A stretch of DNA of 64,000 nt from Epithemia pelagica (Eukaryota > Protista > Bacillariophyta). Where the stretch lies: assembly GCA_946965045.2 (NCBI GenBank), contig OX337240.1, forward strand, positions 62,001 to 126,000, in the 5' to 3' direction. The notes beneath the pieces were generated by a model. That model was not told the origin of the DNA. It saw only the letters and a list, made by a program, of their open reading frames with translations, and searched no databases. This document shows positions 45,262 through 58,145 of the stretch, one piece after another. Every line of letters begins with the position of its first letter. Positions within the stretch are counted from its first letter, which is position 1. The position numbers and the translations under genes are program-made.

Positions 45262-46434
45262 TTAGGAGGCGGTTTTTCGGGCACTCTTGATATGGGGCGC
45301 GGCCGATCGATGACGGGGTTTGTATTCGTCTTGAAAGTGAATTTCTTCCATATCCGCATGATCTTCGATTCCTCCCGAATGATTGGACCCTTCGTCGGAT
45401 CCGGCATCCCGTTCGGCGTGCAAGGTGGCGGCCGCGGCCGCAGCACCAAAGGCCGACGCAGCGGCTCGCGATTGATGGGCATAATAACGACGACGACGGT
45501 ATCGCACCACCAACAAAAAGGCCGACACGGTCATGACGACCACGGCCAAGGAAATGACGGCCAAGGCTGCCGTGTGACTATTGTTGTCCGAGGATGATTC
45601 GGCATTGGTAATGGTCAAGGCTGGATTGCCCTCGGTGTTAGTACCTACTGGATCGGCAGGAGGTGGTGGCGGTTGGGTGGCTATCGTGGTTGGATCTTGT
45701 GGGGGTTCTTGAGGCGGTTCCTGCGGAGGTTCCTGTGGAGGTTCCTGTGGAGGTTCCTGCGGAGGATCTTGCGGCGGTTCCTGTGGAGGATCTTGCGGCG
45801 GTTCCTGTGGAGGATCTTGAGGTGGGGCTGGTGTTTGCGGAACAACGGTATCAAAATCAATGGGTGGTGCAGGTGTGGCCAAAATTTCGGGCACGTTTTC
45901 TTCGGGCGCATATTCGCAATGCTTGCCGGTAAAGCCGGGTTGACACTGACAGGGATTGGCATGATAATCCATCGCGTCTGTATCGGTCCGACACTCGCCG
46001 TCATTGACACAAAACAGGGCCTTGTCAATGTTGGATCCGGGACAATATTCGTCTTGCAAGACTTGGAGTTGACAAAATTTGCCCACATGACGGTCAATCC
46101 AATCGTAACCCGATCCGTCCGTTGGATCCTCATTGTAAATGGCAAAGGCCATGGAACAATCGCAAAAATCCACTCGTTCGTCCAGTTCCGTGGAAGTGGT
46201 GACGGTCATTTGACGACATTGACCGCCGTTGCTGTAAATATATAGTATAACGAGGAAAGCAGAGAAAGAGACAACCATGTGAGAAGAACAGTCGTCGGTT
46301 CAACAACTCTGTAGAAATTCATGAACGTACACGCATTCCAATCCACTTTGGCATTGATCGGTGACCCGCCCTTCCACGAGGCCTCGTTTGGTTTGAAATT
46401 TGGCAACTTTCATGGTTCTGTGATGAATCGTCAT
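45262..46434 (-). CDS. EGF-like domain type-I membrane protein, paralog 2 (start uncertain)
   Basis: Intron 46330-46232 joins GLECV-NGGQC; same two EGF arrays; PPQE/PPQD stalk; TM AALAVISLAVVVMTVSAFLLVV followed by RYRRRR. Confidence 0.8.
45692..45826 (-). repeat. 12-bp coding repeat, PPQ(E/D) about 11 times
   Basis: Visible in both DNA and translation. Confidence 0.9.
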
Positions 46435-47646
46435 GATGGAAACTGAAAATGGTATCTTTGGTTGCAGTGTGTTGGTTGACCAAGTTGTGAATTGTGAACA
46501 CTTGACAACAAGTGCTTCTGTTCTTTTGACATTCTTGTAGAAGCTAGAGTTGGATCGTTTGGTGTTTCCCTCGTTGAGCTGTGAATTGGTACCCGATCGT
46601 GTCCAACGAATCACAATGCTCTATCAAATGCCCGTTGTGAGAAATGTCTTCCGATGGCAACGGATGAAGACCATAGTGGCAGTGTCCTCTTTGTCGTGGA
46701 ACCACACGATCCCCCTTTCATCCTAAGATAGATTGAATGAAATAGAGCCAGTCTTTGGTTTTGCAAAAAGTGCCGAGCCAGATACCTCCTGTCATTGTGA
46801 GAAACAGGCTTGATTCGTGGACCGCCCTCATTTTTCTGGGGAACCCGCCAAATCCCCCGAATCGTCCGCCGCTCATCGGCCTGGATTGCGCGCCGACACG
46901 ACCCCGCAGCAAGATATCACGAGAGTAAGTCCCGCACGGGACTCGCAACGGATGGCATCCCACAGCGATCCGGCCAGATGCTGCACGCGACGCGAAATGA
47001 TGATCAATACTCTCTCACACCATTCGACGATCGCCGCCAAGTCTCGCTATACAACCACCACCGAGGGCATTCGGATCTCTCTGTCTCGTCTCCCTTGGAC
47101 AGAACGCAGTTTGTACTTCTACCTACACAGAAAACAGTCCTTGTGAGTCCAAAAAGCTCTATAGAGCAATCTAGAACGAGAAGCGACGAATGATTCATAC
47201 GGCTGTTGTATTTACCAATGGATTGGGAGGGCAACCGCGAGATGGGCAGAGAAAGGATGAGATGAATACAATACGGTACGTTGCATTGGCGCGCACATAC
47301 AAGGCATATTGTTATATGGCCGTGTTGCGCGAATCCAAGCCAGTCACGTGCTGTCTAGTCAACACACATGTTTCCATGATCGCGCCAAACGTCTATTTTG
47401 TCAGTCTCGCTCCCTCCAACCAACCTTCTCCTAGGTACACCTATACAGACAGGGACGCAGTCTTTGTGAAGCAGAAAATCCATTGACATGTATACTAGAA
47501 CGAGAATTAAAGGATTGGTACGATTGTCTCTACCAGAATCCATTGAGTGCCACAGCAGCAGGGGTAACACAGCTGGAGATTGGCAGAGAATCATGAGACC
47601 ATCCGGCATGCATTTCAGACCTTGGTGTTTCCCCATTTCATTTATT

Positions 47647-50600
47647 TTACTTTTCCACTTCATCGTGAAAGACTTCAATGGGAGCCGACGGTGGTTTGAA
47701 ATCTCCCTCCTTGCCGGATACACCCGGTCGCATGTTGGGGGTTGCATCCGAGGCATCGCCTCCTTGTGTTTCCGGTTCGGTATCATGATTCGAGGAGAGG
47801 GGCGCCATATTTGCCATCATTTCTTCCACGACTTCTCGACCACGATCTTGCCATTCTTGACGATTGCGCATGGCATAATTCAAATATTCGTCACTGGCGA
47901 CACCAAAGACGCCGCACTTTCTCAACTTTTTGGCCAAGGGAATGATGTAATGGTCAAAAAAGCCCAATTCTCCCTGGTACCAATAACTGGCGGGATCCGC
48001 AGTGGCACGACCGTCGCGATAGGCTTGCACGCATTCGCGGAAAAAGTTTTCATTCCATTTGCGATAAATGTGCCTGTGAAGAAACCAAAGAAAAAAGAAA
48101 TACCAAAGGAAGAGCATCGAAATAACAAATGAGAGTTGGATTGCGCATACGCAGAGATGGCGAATCACACGCATGCTTCTCCGGTTCCTCCTTCCAGTCA
48201 CCTACCAATGCTGCATGGTATGGGCCACATCCGAGGCTTGAATCAAGTGTTCCATGACAATCGTGGCCTTGCGATTCACGGTATCGCGAGGATCTTCTTC
48301 CCGTTCTCGATCGGCAAAGGCACTGTCCCACCGAGCATTGCGCAATTCCTTGAGTTCCTTATCCACAATGTCAGTCGCCAAGACCGTCTGTGTATAGAGT
48401 ACAGAAAAAAGAACACAATTCCGGACATGTGTGAGTGAGAACCATAACACTCTTTGGGCACTGCACAAAACGCAGTCCGCAGTACACCTACCTGAACGAC
48501 CAATTGTCGAAAGCGTTGAAATTCCGCTTGTGTGGCATAAATACAAGCTCGCAAATCCTGAAAGGCAGGCTGTTGCAAGAGATCCCACGCCACATCAATC
48601 GAATGTTGTTCGGCCACACTCTTGTTGCGGTACAAGGTTGCCATGGTACTATTTTCCGTAATGAGCGTCGTGTTGGGCACACCAGTGTGGTCCACATCGT
48701 GAATCAAGGCCGAAAAGACCAAGGCAAATTGCGTCAGAGGATCCGATGTGATGCCATACGTATGATCGTGCAAGGTGGATTGCATCTTGCCGTACATTTG
48801 AGGACCACTGTGCGTGCTAGCACTGCTCAACCTTCTTTCTTGTTGGTCCTTCATGGTACCATCGAGAGGCGCCAAATCGCTGGGCATGACAATGCGGGAC
48901 AACAACTTATTGACCGACATGGTCACATGACACGCATGTTCAAAGTTGTGAAACTCATTGGCCCGGTACATTTCGGCAATCGTCTTGATGAACGTGCGAA
49001 GTTGTTTGGGAATCTCCGGTCCCAAGTCCACAGTCTCTGGGTCCTGGACTTTGCTGCGAGTCACGGCACGCGCATCAAATTCTGGCAAACGAATAATATC
49101 CTGGACTTCATCCAAACAGGTTTGGCCTGGTGCTTGTTTCCATTCAAAAGAAGCGTTTTTCTTGGAGTGGCTCACGGATGCGGGATCCACACCGGTAGTG
49201 GCGTGACGTCGTGCCACCACTTGTTTCAAGACACCCAACAACAAATCCACTTGCCAATTAATGAGACGATTCACCTTGCTATCCGCCACATGAACATCGG
49301 CCCAGAGATTGGGCTTTTGGGCGCACGATTTGCTTCTGTCTTCATCCGTCTGTTGACTGCTGGATCCGGCCGACATGCCGCCACTATTCTTGACGAGCCA
49401 ATAGGTTTGCAAGGTTCCCTTGCCCTTGGCTGTGACCAACTCTTGGCGGGCCTGAATCCAATGACCCTTACCGGCGGCAACCAACAAATCGGCCGTTTCC
49501 TTGGACAAGTGAATGCGGTTCTTTTGACCAGTCGTTTCAATTCGGGCCTGTATCATCCAACCGAATATATATAGTGTGAGGAAACAAAATAGACGAAACC
49601 AACAAGCACTATACCCAACAAGTATATACTGCTTACCGTTGTATTCATGGTATCTCCAAACAACTGGAATCGGGCACGATCACCACGCAAAACACCGGCC
49701 GTGACAGGTCCGCTATGGACACCAATACGAATGCCCAATTCTCCCGTGTCGGGACCCAAGGTCAATTCCAAACGCTTGACGACTTCTTGGCATGTGAGCA
49801 AGGTATCCGAGGCAAACTTGGCCATGGCCAAGGCATGATCTGCGCGAGGTTCAGGCAGTCCAGTGACGGCCACATAACAATCTCCCACAGTTTCCACCTT
49901 GTACACTCCCCGTCGCTTGGCACACTTATCCAAGGCCGAAAAGAGCGTTTCCAACAGGGTAAAGACTTGTTCGGGTTCGCGCATAGAGGACCAAGCGGTG
50001 AAACCGACAATATCGGCAAACAAAATCGTGGTTTCCAAAAAGATATCGGCAATCGATTTGCTGGTCATGCCTAGAGCGGAAGCACCGCTCCCTCCAAACT
50101 GGCCATCTTCGTCCGCACCATCCAAAAAGTTTTTGAGTTGTCCCTTGTTTCCCGCCAAGAAGGTTCCTCCATTGCGTTTCGTCACAGCACTTGTACTCTT
50201 GGAGTTGGCCTCCTTGTCTCCGGAGCCCAGGAGACGATCTCGAAGAGTCTGGGGAAAGAGGGACATGACCAAGGCGTTGGACTTGGCAGCGTTCGCAATG
50301 ACCTTGATGTTTCGTTTGCGTTGAAAGGTATCATACGCCAAAAAGGCTGCGACAATGGACAAAAACACAGCACCCACAATGACTGTGGAGATGACTGGCT
50401 TGTTGGACTTGTACTGATCTTCAAAGGTCTTGGTGGGGTAGACGTTCATGGTATAGAGGCAAACGCCAATTTCCCTGGCCTTTTCAACATCTGAGTAGGT
50501 ATTGAACGCTGAGGATACCCGGTAACCGTTGTACCGACGATCGTGGAGGTCTTCATTACCCAAGAAAATGGACCTGTTTCCTTCCAGTTCCCATGTGACC

Positions 50601-51798
50601 GAGGCATTGCATGAATTTTCCAACACGAGATGCAAGCCTTTTACGCTTTCTGGCAAGCGATTGGCAAAATAGGATCCCCAGGGCAAAAAGATGGACGCCA
50701 AACTGACCACTTTTCGCGTTTCTTCATCAAAGGAATCAAAAATGGGCTGGTAGAAAGCAGAGTATGGTTCTCCGGGGGCAGTGGTACGGTTTACGATTTC
50801 GGGCCAAAGTGGTCGAACGTCAGAACCACTAAAGAAGTCGGCCACAAGACCCTCTTTCAACTCCTTGACTTTCTCCGTGTTGTGCACAACCCTTTCGGAT
50901 TCTCCCAGATCCAAGCTTGACAAAGGGTAGGACGGGAAGGGGTCGAGCTGCCAAACGGGTAGATATCCGGATTCTCTGGAATACTGGGTGACCATTTCTC
51001 CATCAGAAAAGTGGTGGATCATGGGAATGAACTTGTTTGATCCATACCACTTGGAGGCATCCGCGATAGTAAAGCTCGTCCAGTTGGCTCGTTGTTCTTC
51101 GGTATCCACGAGATGGATCGTCCAGAACCCGACAGCACCGGTTTGCTGCCGAAGATTCTCTCCGTGAATGTCCAAATTGGTGAGGGTAAAGAAGGGCCAC
51201 TGGGCGTTTTGTGCCAACGACGAGGCAGTAACATAGTCCCCAAAATCGTTACAGCTGTTACGAATTGCGTTGGAACTAAATTGGGCCGATTCAATCACAG
51301 TCGCTGCAAACTGATCGTACTGTTGATGACACAAGAACCAAACGAGGCAGTGAGACGGGGCATACAAGATAAGAGAGCTAATGGTAAGAAGGCAGCTGTA
51401 CGTACCGAGCTTTCAAACTCATCGTGTTCCTCGCTATCGAGAAAGATATAGGTTGCGTACGTAACTGCAGCCGATACAATGAGCATGGTAATAATCACAA
51501 TTAGACGCATCGCCGTGACAAAGTTTGTTTCTTGCTGAATGTTCTTCTTGACTTCTTGAACTTCCTTATCCTTCTTTTCGTGCTCTTCGGCTTCATGTCC
51601 ATTACTGCTGATATTACTCTTGAGTTCCGGCACAGAGGAAGCCACCGAATCATCGTCATCATCATCATTGTCACGGGCACCTGGAACCATCATGCCTTCC
51701 TTGAGGGTCCCAAGACCGTTTTCGCTTTGGCCTAGGAACTTGCGGTCCTCCTCCATGGTCTTCTGTTCGTAGTATGTCGTCAAGACTGCTCCTTCCAT
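47647..51798 (-). CDS. Membrane class III nucleotide cyclase (guanylate-cyclase-like) fused to a class I phosphodiesterase
   Basis: Exons 51798-51406, 51319-49637, 49547-48492, 48387-48206, 48073-47647. TM-extracellular domain-TM, then LFADIVGFT, YKVETVGDCY, RFQLFGDTMNTTARIE; PDE motifs FHNFEH, LIHDVDH, IQASDVAH, ELGFFDHYIIP. Confidence 0.93.
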
Positions 51799-53454
51799 GC
51801 AGCGTTCCGCAGGAAAATGTCTGGAATGGGTCGAAATGTGGGCAAGTGACAGAAACTTTATCAATCGGAGACTACGACAAACAAGCTAATAGAGACGCAG
51901 TCATTGACAATATCTGCTCCTATATGGTACTATCCCCAGCACAGTTTAGACATCCTACTCTAGTCCCAACCGAATTTCTTATAGGGGTACTGCAGCTCAA
52001 AACATCCTGAATCATGAATCCTGTGATAATATGAGCAATAAGTAAGTAGTATGAAAATGTATTGAGACAGTAGTTCTATTGTGAATCATTTCAGTTGCCC
52101 TTCCCCCAGAGTTACTGTACCTACGAACAAAAAGATAGATCCCGTAGCCTGTAGCCAGGGAGAAGCGACAAGGCATAGCATCATCCTAATACTCCTAGCT
52201 TGTCCTTCAGGCAAACAACTAGGACCATTATGCCAACTGGCGACTCTTCAAGTCGTCACTTACACCGACCCAAGTCGTCCGATAGCCTTGGGCCTTGTCG
52301 ATCACGACACCAAGTATCAGGTTAGTGTCACGCTTGATCGTCGTTTGAGACAGTGAAAACCCAAAGGTCCACAATTCTCGGTCATTTTTATCCCAGTGAT
52401 GTTGACGTTGGACCCACCGCTCTAAACCATATCGAAGTCGGCAAGCCCCAAGAGACTATGTGAGACAACTAGTAGGAGTAGGCTACAGGGAAGAATGGAG
52501 CGAGTAGGAGTCTCCAAAATACAAAATAGACATGTTCACTTGCGAGCCAAGAAGTCAAAGGAAGTCCGTAGAGCCTTTGTTTTCAATTCTTTGCTATGAT
52601 CTAAAGAAGGATGTATGTCAAACTGCAGCTTTCTGGGAATGCCCCATAGTGGCTGTGGTATCTATGGAGCATCGTGGTTCGCCCATCTACTGGGCTTAGA
52701 CAACAGGCGCTATACCGTCTTCAGCAACGCATCGAAAGCCATCAATCTATAAGCTCTAGTAGTTATAATAGCCACCTGTTGTCCTTCTCCGTTTTCTATT
52801 GGGGCCCGCTGCAACATGACTATTTGATTAGTGCAAGCCATAAAGAGATATCGCTGATTCTTAGGTGGGAGATTTGTTGCGGAGCGCCATGGTCGTTGGG
52901 ATTTCGACAGAATCGATCAAAGGAACAACATAAAGTGGATTGACAATATCGCATCAAGGGATTGTGAGGAAGAAGGTTTCCTCTCCAAAAAAACATGACT
53001 AGGTCTAAGGTGCATGACTAGGGCATAGCAAAATCATCTAGTGTCAAGGGTCTAGGTGTTGAAAATTATTGCCTGAGTACGTCCAAACTTCGATGAATGA
53101 CTTCTATCTTCTATTATTGTCTGTTGTCTGATAAAATGCGTACAACTGAATTGTATTTTGTATTGCCCAATCCCAGTTTTGTTACAGTTACAGTTCAGAT
53201 TGCTCGGTATTCGGTATTTCATTCTAAAGAAGACGCCAAGGGCCCATAATACCATCTACTCGTAGTCGTAAAGTCTGAATACGTAGTACAATGTACAAGC
53301 TCGTAGCTCCTGGCCTTGTCGTTCGAATATTTTCGAACAATATGGGACAAAGATCAGAATATGCGACTAGCACAAGTTGCATGATATACCAACAATATCC
53401 CATATTGGTGAAATTCAGGACTTCTCCTATATTTTCGAAGTCGGATGGGTTTTA

Positions 53455-53909
53455 GGCTATCTCCACCCGAGCGCCGCTATGCTGACGTGTCGGGGCTTTC
53501 TGATTGGCCTCGCTATCCGGATAGCGGCTTAGCGGAACCAAGGGAAAATAAACTCCACACGATCTCCGCTATTAGTGCCGCTATCTCGATATACCGCGCG
53601 TAGGGCGTACGCATTACGCATATGCCCTCTGTTGATTCGGTTAAAAAGGGGTGGCGGGCGCGGAAGTTGCGGAATCAAACAACGTGGTCACGCGAGAGAT
53701 TCAAAATTCAAAAACACACTGTTGGCATCATGCGTTATTTCATTTATGCCGACGGATAGCGATTGCTCCGCTATCCGCTATTTTTGCCGCTATTTGGGGC
53801 CCCGAATAGCGGCGAAAATAGCGGATAGCGGAGCCGTTTAGCGGTTAGCGGACGTCGTGGAGTTCAATAGCGGTTTTTGGGCCTTTAGCGGCCCCGGGTG
53901 GAGATAGCC
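53455..53909. mobile_element. PIF/Harbinger (Tourist-like) MITE, 455 bp
   Basis: Perfect 15-bp TIRs GGCTATCTCCACCCG / CGGGTGGAGATAGCC, TTA target duplication on both sides, many internal ATAGCGG/CCGCTAT motifs, no ORF of note. Confidence 0.85.
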
Positions 53910-54954
53910 TTATTCATGTTTTCGACATCTTCTTGGGTCCGGAGGGCTATAGTCTAATTTGATATAGCGCAGAACATGAGCCTATGGCGAGCTTTCCGGT
54001 TGGTCTCTTCTTGTCAAGATTTTTTAGAGGGATTGGAGGAATCTCTCGTGATGCGGCTTGTATATATTTCTACACACTTCAGTTCGCCATTGCAGACTCC
54101 TGTGGTGTATGGTCTTTGGCATGCAGAGATCGAACGGGGAACCCACTGCTGGTATCGGTGGTTCGATTTGGAGTTGTCCAAGTCACACAGCTTCCTCTTT
54201 TAGACAGAACGGAAGAACCAGACAAGAAAAGTCCACCTCCAATCCCCATCATCTCCCATTCCAATCTCGTTCGTGTCTACAGAATCTGGACCATCAGTAG
54301 CTCCAAACTCAAAGAAAAGAGATTGTGAACGTCTTTTGAATTCAGCCGGGAGATCTCTACTCATCTACTCTAGCTAGACTCCCAAACACAGCGTATTTCA
54401 ATGACATGGACGACGACGTAATATGTAATGAAACCATTCCATCAGCTCGAGGCAACAAGTCTGTTTTTGCTTAGAAAAGGTTGAGTTGTCCTTCCACTAC
54501 AGGCGATGAGTTGATGGTGAACTGATCACTCACGAGTCTGGCGAGCAGAAGGGAGCAAGCGTCTGCCTCCTGCATAGCTTACATAGCCGTACGATGCACT
54601 TACGGCCTCCGATTTTCCTGCTATTAATATGCGACCCTTTCGCGCCCTTGAATGCTTCGAACAGCCGCGCGCACCAATGCTGCATCCCATTCGAACGAAA
54701 TCAAGAAGTAAGATCATAGATCATCCTATTACATCCTGCTCCATCATTGTCCCTGACGACGCAAGTGAGCAGCTGAACGGCATTCTTGATCTGAGGTAGG
54801 TGAAACGTGAACGCGCCACTTTGCTGGATGGAGATCTCCTCGCGGCGTCTTATCGCATCTGGAATTGTAATACTTTTGCCTTGCAAGTCTCTGGACCCCC
54901 TTGTTGTTTTCTCTCCCAGCAACAAACACTTAAAGATACAAACACTCTGGAACC

Positions 54955-55233
54955 ATGGCCGACGCCGAATTGCAATCCAAATTTGAGGCCGCCGCCGAAC
55001 AAGCGCGAACGGATTTGCCCAGTTCCTTGTCGAACGATGTCAAGGGACAAATTTATGGCTTGTACAAACAAGCCACGGAAGGAAACGTCCAGGGATCGCG
55101 TCCCTCCTTTTTGCAACTCACCGCACGTGCCAAATACGATGCCTGGAAAAAAGTAGAGGGGACGAGCAAAGAAGAGGCCATGAAACAGTACATTACTCTC
55201 ATTGAGTCGCTCGTGGCCCAGCAAGCCAAGTAA
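54955..55233 (+). CDS. ACBP: Acyl-CoA-binding protein
   Basis: 92 aa with IYGLYKQATEG, RAKYDAW and EEAMKQYI signature motifs. Confidence 0.96.
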   Translation: MADAELQSKFEAAAEQARTDLPSSLSNDVKGQIYGLYKQATEGNVQGSRPSFLQLTARAKYDAWKKVEGTSKEEAMKQYITLIESLVAQQAK

Positions 55234-55812
55234 AAGAAGAAGATGCGTGCAAGTGTGATGCAAGATAGCAATACAGAGAGAATCTATTGACGACACGTTC
55301 GCATGGAATGGCCTCGTGTAAAGAATGAGGCTGGACACATGTTGCTATGATGGACAATGGTTTCTTTTCGATGCACAATTTTGAAATCATTATTTTCATT
55401 TTGCTAAGGATCAGAGCACAAACGGATGATTTATATACTTAGACACAAGCCTTGAAGTAATTCCTGGATCTCTCAATTCTGTCAAACTAGGTGTCATGCA
55501 ATCCCTTTTGTATAACGGGTTGCTCTTCCTGTCCGTGACTCGCAATTCAAGTTTTAGAATGACGCCATTCGGAGCCCTTTCATTGGTTCTTCAAGACTGG
55601 AATTGAGAATTGACCCACAGATTTGTGGAGCGTTGTAGAAGCCCGACGTTCCCCTTTTGAAGGCATTCAGAGGTGTTGTTGCAAGAACAAATGAACGTGA
55701 CCCGTATATTTCACATGTAACAAGTGTGTGGCTTTCTGTTTTTCTGTTTCTCAGTGCCTTTGCGCGTTTGGCCCACTCCAGGCCTGCACCGCAAGTCACT
55801 GATGGACTACTT

Positions 55813-57400
55813 TTAGGGGGGAGCAGCAGCAGCAGTCGACTGAGGTGAGCAGGAGGAGTAACACGACGACGAAGCCACACTGGTGTTACAGTCCGAAGAA
55901 TAGATGCACGAGGACACTACCGAAGTTGTATCCACCATTGAAGGATTCGGAGAGTCATAATGGTTGTCATCTTCATACATGGAGGCCATGGAATACGAAT
56001 GGTCGTCGTCGTGGTCGGTAATGATGGATCGTGGCGAACCAGGAATCTGCATCGTCGTCGTTCTTGTCGATCCTTTGAGGTGGTGATGAGGATGCTTGGT
56101 ACGACCACCCTGCACCGGTTTCTTCTTGTTACCGCGAAGAAAGAGAGATCGTCGTTGTTTGGCCTTGATGAGTTGAGGATGAAAGGTGGCCACTTGCTTG
56201 GCATTGGCCGTGGACCAATCGTAGGGGACAAAGGTGACCTTGATGGTCGTCTTTTTGGCCTCGGCTGTATCCAAGAGACGTTCCAATTCTTGCTTCTTGA
56301 CACCATGCAAAAATTCCAACAATCGCTCCGCATACTGTCGATTGTGGGAGGCAAAGTCCACCTTGTACCAGGCAAAAATCTTGTTGAGACGAAGCTCCAA
56401 ACTGCGAGGTGTGGATGACGAGGAAGATGAACTGGCAGAACCACGTCCCGGTGACAGCGGTGCACTGGTCGCCGGACTGCTTTTGCTGTTGCTGGCCATG
56501 GAAAAGGAGACATGGGCCGGGTCTTCGCAATAGACAGCGGCTGCCAAATTGAGTTCGTGCTCCAACCGTTCGGCCGTATAAAAGTGGACGGGTGGACAGC
56601 ATCGGGCCCCACAATTCAAGGCAAAATGAATGCGACAATCGGGGTTCGTGACACTATAGGCCCATCGAGGATCGTTTGTGTCTCGGAATTGGAACGTCAA
56701 GGCATAGGGGGCCTTGCGATTGCCGCGCAAAATGCCATTTTCGCAATCTTGAAAACTGTAGACATGACATTAAAGGAGACGTGATTGAAAAAGTACAAGC
56801 GACTCAAATCATGAGCACCGGCTCCCACCTTGACCAACGCGTACTTGATCATGAGATTGTACACGTTAATTCCAAAGGCCTGTGCAAGAAACGAAGGACA
56901 AGGAGAACACGAGAATGTTAGATGTTCCTGGCTCCATTCGGACTAGAATCCTGCAGCTATGTAAACTGTAGTTATACGCACCGTTTTGGTTCGATCGTCC
57001 ATGTCGGCCAAATTCACTTGTTGGAGGACACAGACGGCTTCTTCAAACCGGGGATAGAGCGGATGTGCTCGGGCCGCCACGTAATCAATTTGACCATCGT
57101 CCGTGGTCATGTGACTGAGGATCCGAGTCATGAGTTGCGTCAAGGGATACAAGAGTTGCAACGGTTGGCGACTGTCGGACAGCGGTTCCTTCCAAATCCG
57201 ATACGTGTTCAATACAGCTGGTTCGGCATGACATTGCAACCGATACAAGGCAGTCGAGGAAGCATCCCATAACATGGCAGCGGCAGGTTTGACATGATTT
57301 TTCTGGACCGTGTTGCTGGTCGTCGTGTTGGTAATAGAAGTAGTACTGTTGGAGGATTCGGGTGTTACAATTCTTTCTGAATCGTAGGGACATTGATGCT
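55813..57400 (-). pseudogene. DUF547-domain protein, frameshifted; 5' end uncertain and adjacent to an LTR
   Basis: Intron 56981-56880 joins KT-AFGINVYNLMIKYAL. Frame changes near 56765 between FNV and YSFQDCENGILRGNRKAPY; then CRIHFALNCGARCCPP and KIFAWYKVDF. Confidence 0.75.
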
Positions 57401-57526
57401 CGGTAGAGCAGACAATCAGGTAGGTCACCAACCGATACAAGCTTCTCAGGGTCAGAGAAGCAAGCAAGTCGAAGTCTATCAGAAGGATAGTCGGGACACA
57501 AAAGAAGATGTGATAAATGGTGATAT

Positions 57527-58145
57527 TGTTAGATTGTGTGTTGATTACTACGATAGGTCTACGTGAAATGTTCGGTCCTGCCAAGGGTCGTGTGTCATAG
57601 GTTCTTGGCGGCAACAGGTTTGGAATAGTTGGAGTTGATTCATGTGATGTATATGACATGTATATGTGGGCGGATAACATCTACAGGGTCAACAGCTCTT
57701 GCTTTGGGTTGGCATAGTTGTTTTCATGGCGCGCAGCTTGTTGACAATTTGGAGATTGTGGGAATGGAAATATGGTCTCGCGTGATCGTGTGTCGTGCTT
57801 GGGATACTTAGACCGTTGGGTCGGATAGATGCCGATAGCGCTCGGATGTCGCTTGGGCGCGTTCGATGATTTCGGGCGCGTACGCTTAGGGCGTTAGTAT
57901 AATGTCCGAGCAACGGCCAAATTTACGTCCGTTGTAATACCGCACGACCCAGTTTAGTCTTGAGAGTGAGTTCGTCAATCTATTCTCACTTTTCATGATT
58001 TGCGAAGAAATATAGGTCGATATAGCGCGAAGCTAGGAAACATAGCTCGAAGCTAGAGGGCATGATGCGATAGCACGAGGCTATGTGACATGGGGAATCG
58101 ATGAGATGTAGAATCTAACCACCATAGACGGTGAGAATTCTAACA
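57527..58145 (-). repeat. 3' LTR of the second copia element (619 bp, left boundary inferred)
   Basis: Begins right after the PPT; bounded by the inverted TGTTAG/CTAACA termini. No second copy in the window to confirm. Confidence 0.7.

Noticed and set aside
53321-53341. GTTCGAATATTTTCGAAC hairpin resembling the start of the first LTR
   Set aside because: Similarity is only about 11 bp; not a solo LTR.
51900-53400. AT-richer intergenic stretch that might be a decayed transposon
   Set aside because: No termini or translatable TE motifs could be identified by eye.
3736-55233. ELO and ACBP as a lipid gene cluster
   Set aside because: 50 kb apart with unrelated genes between them.
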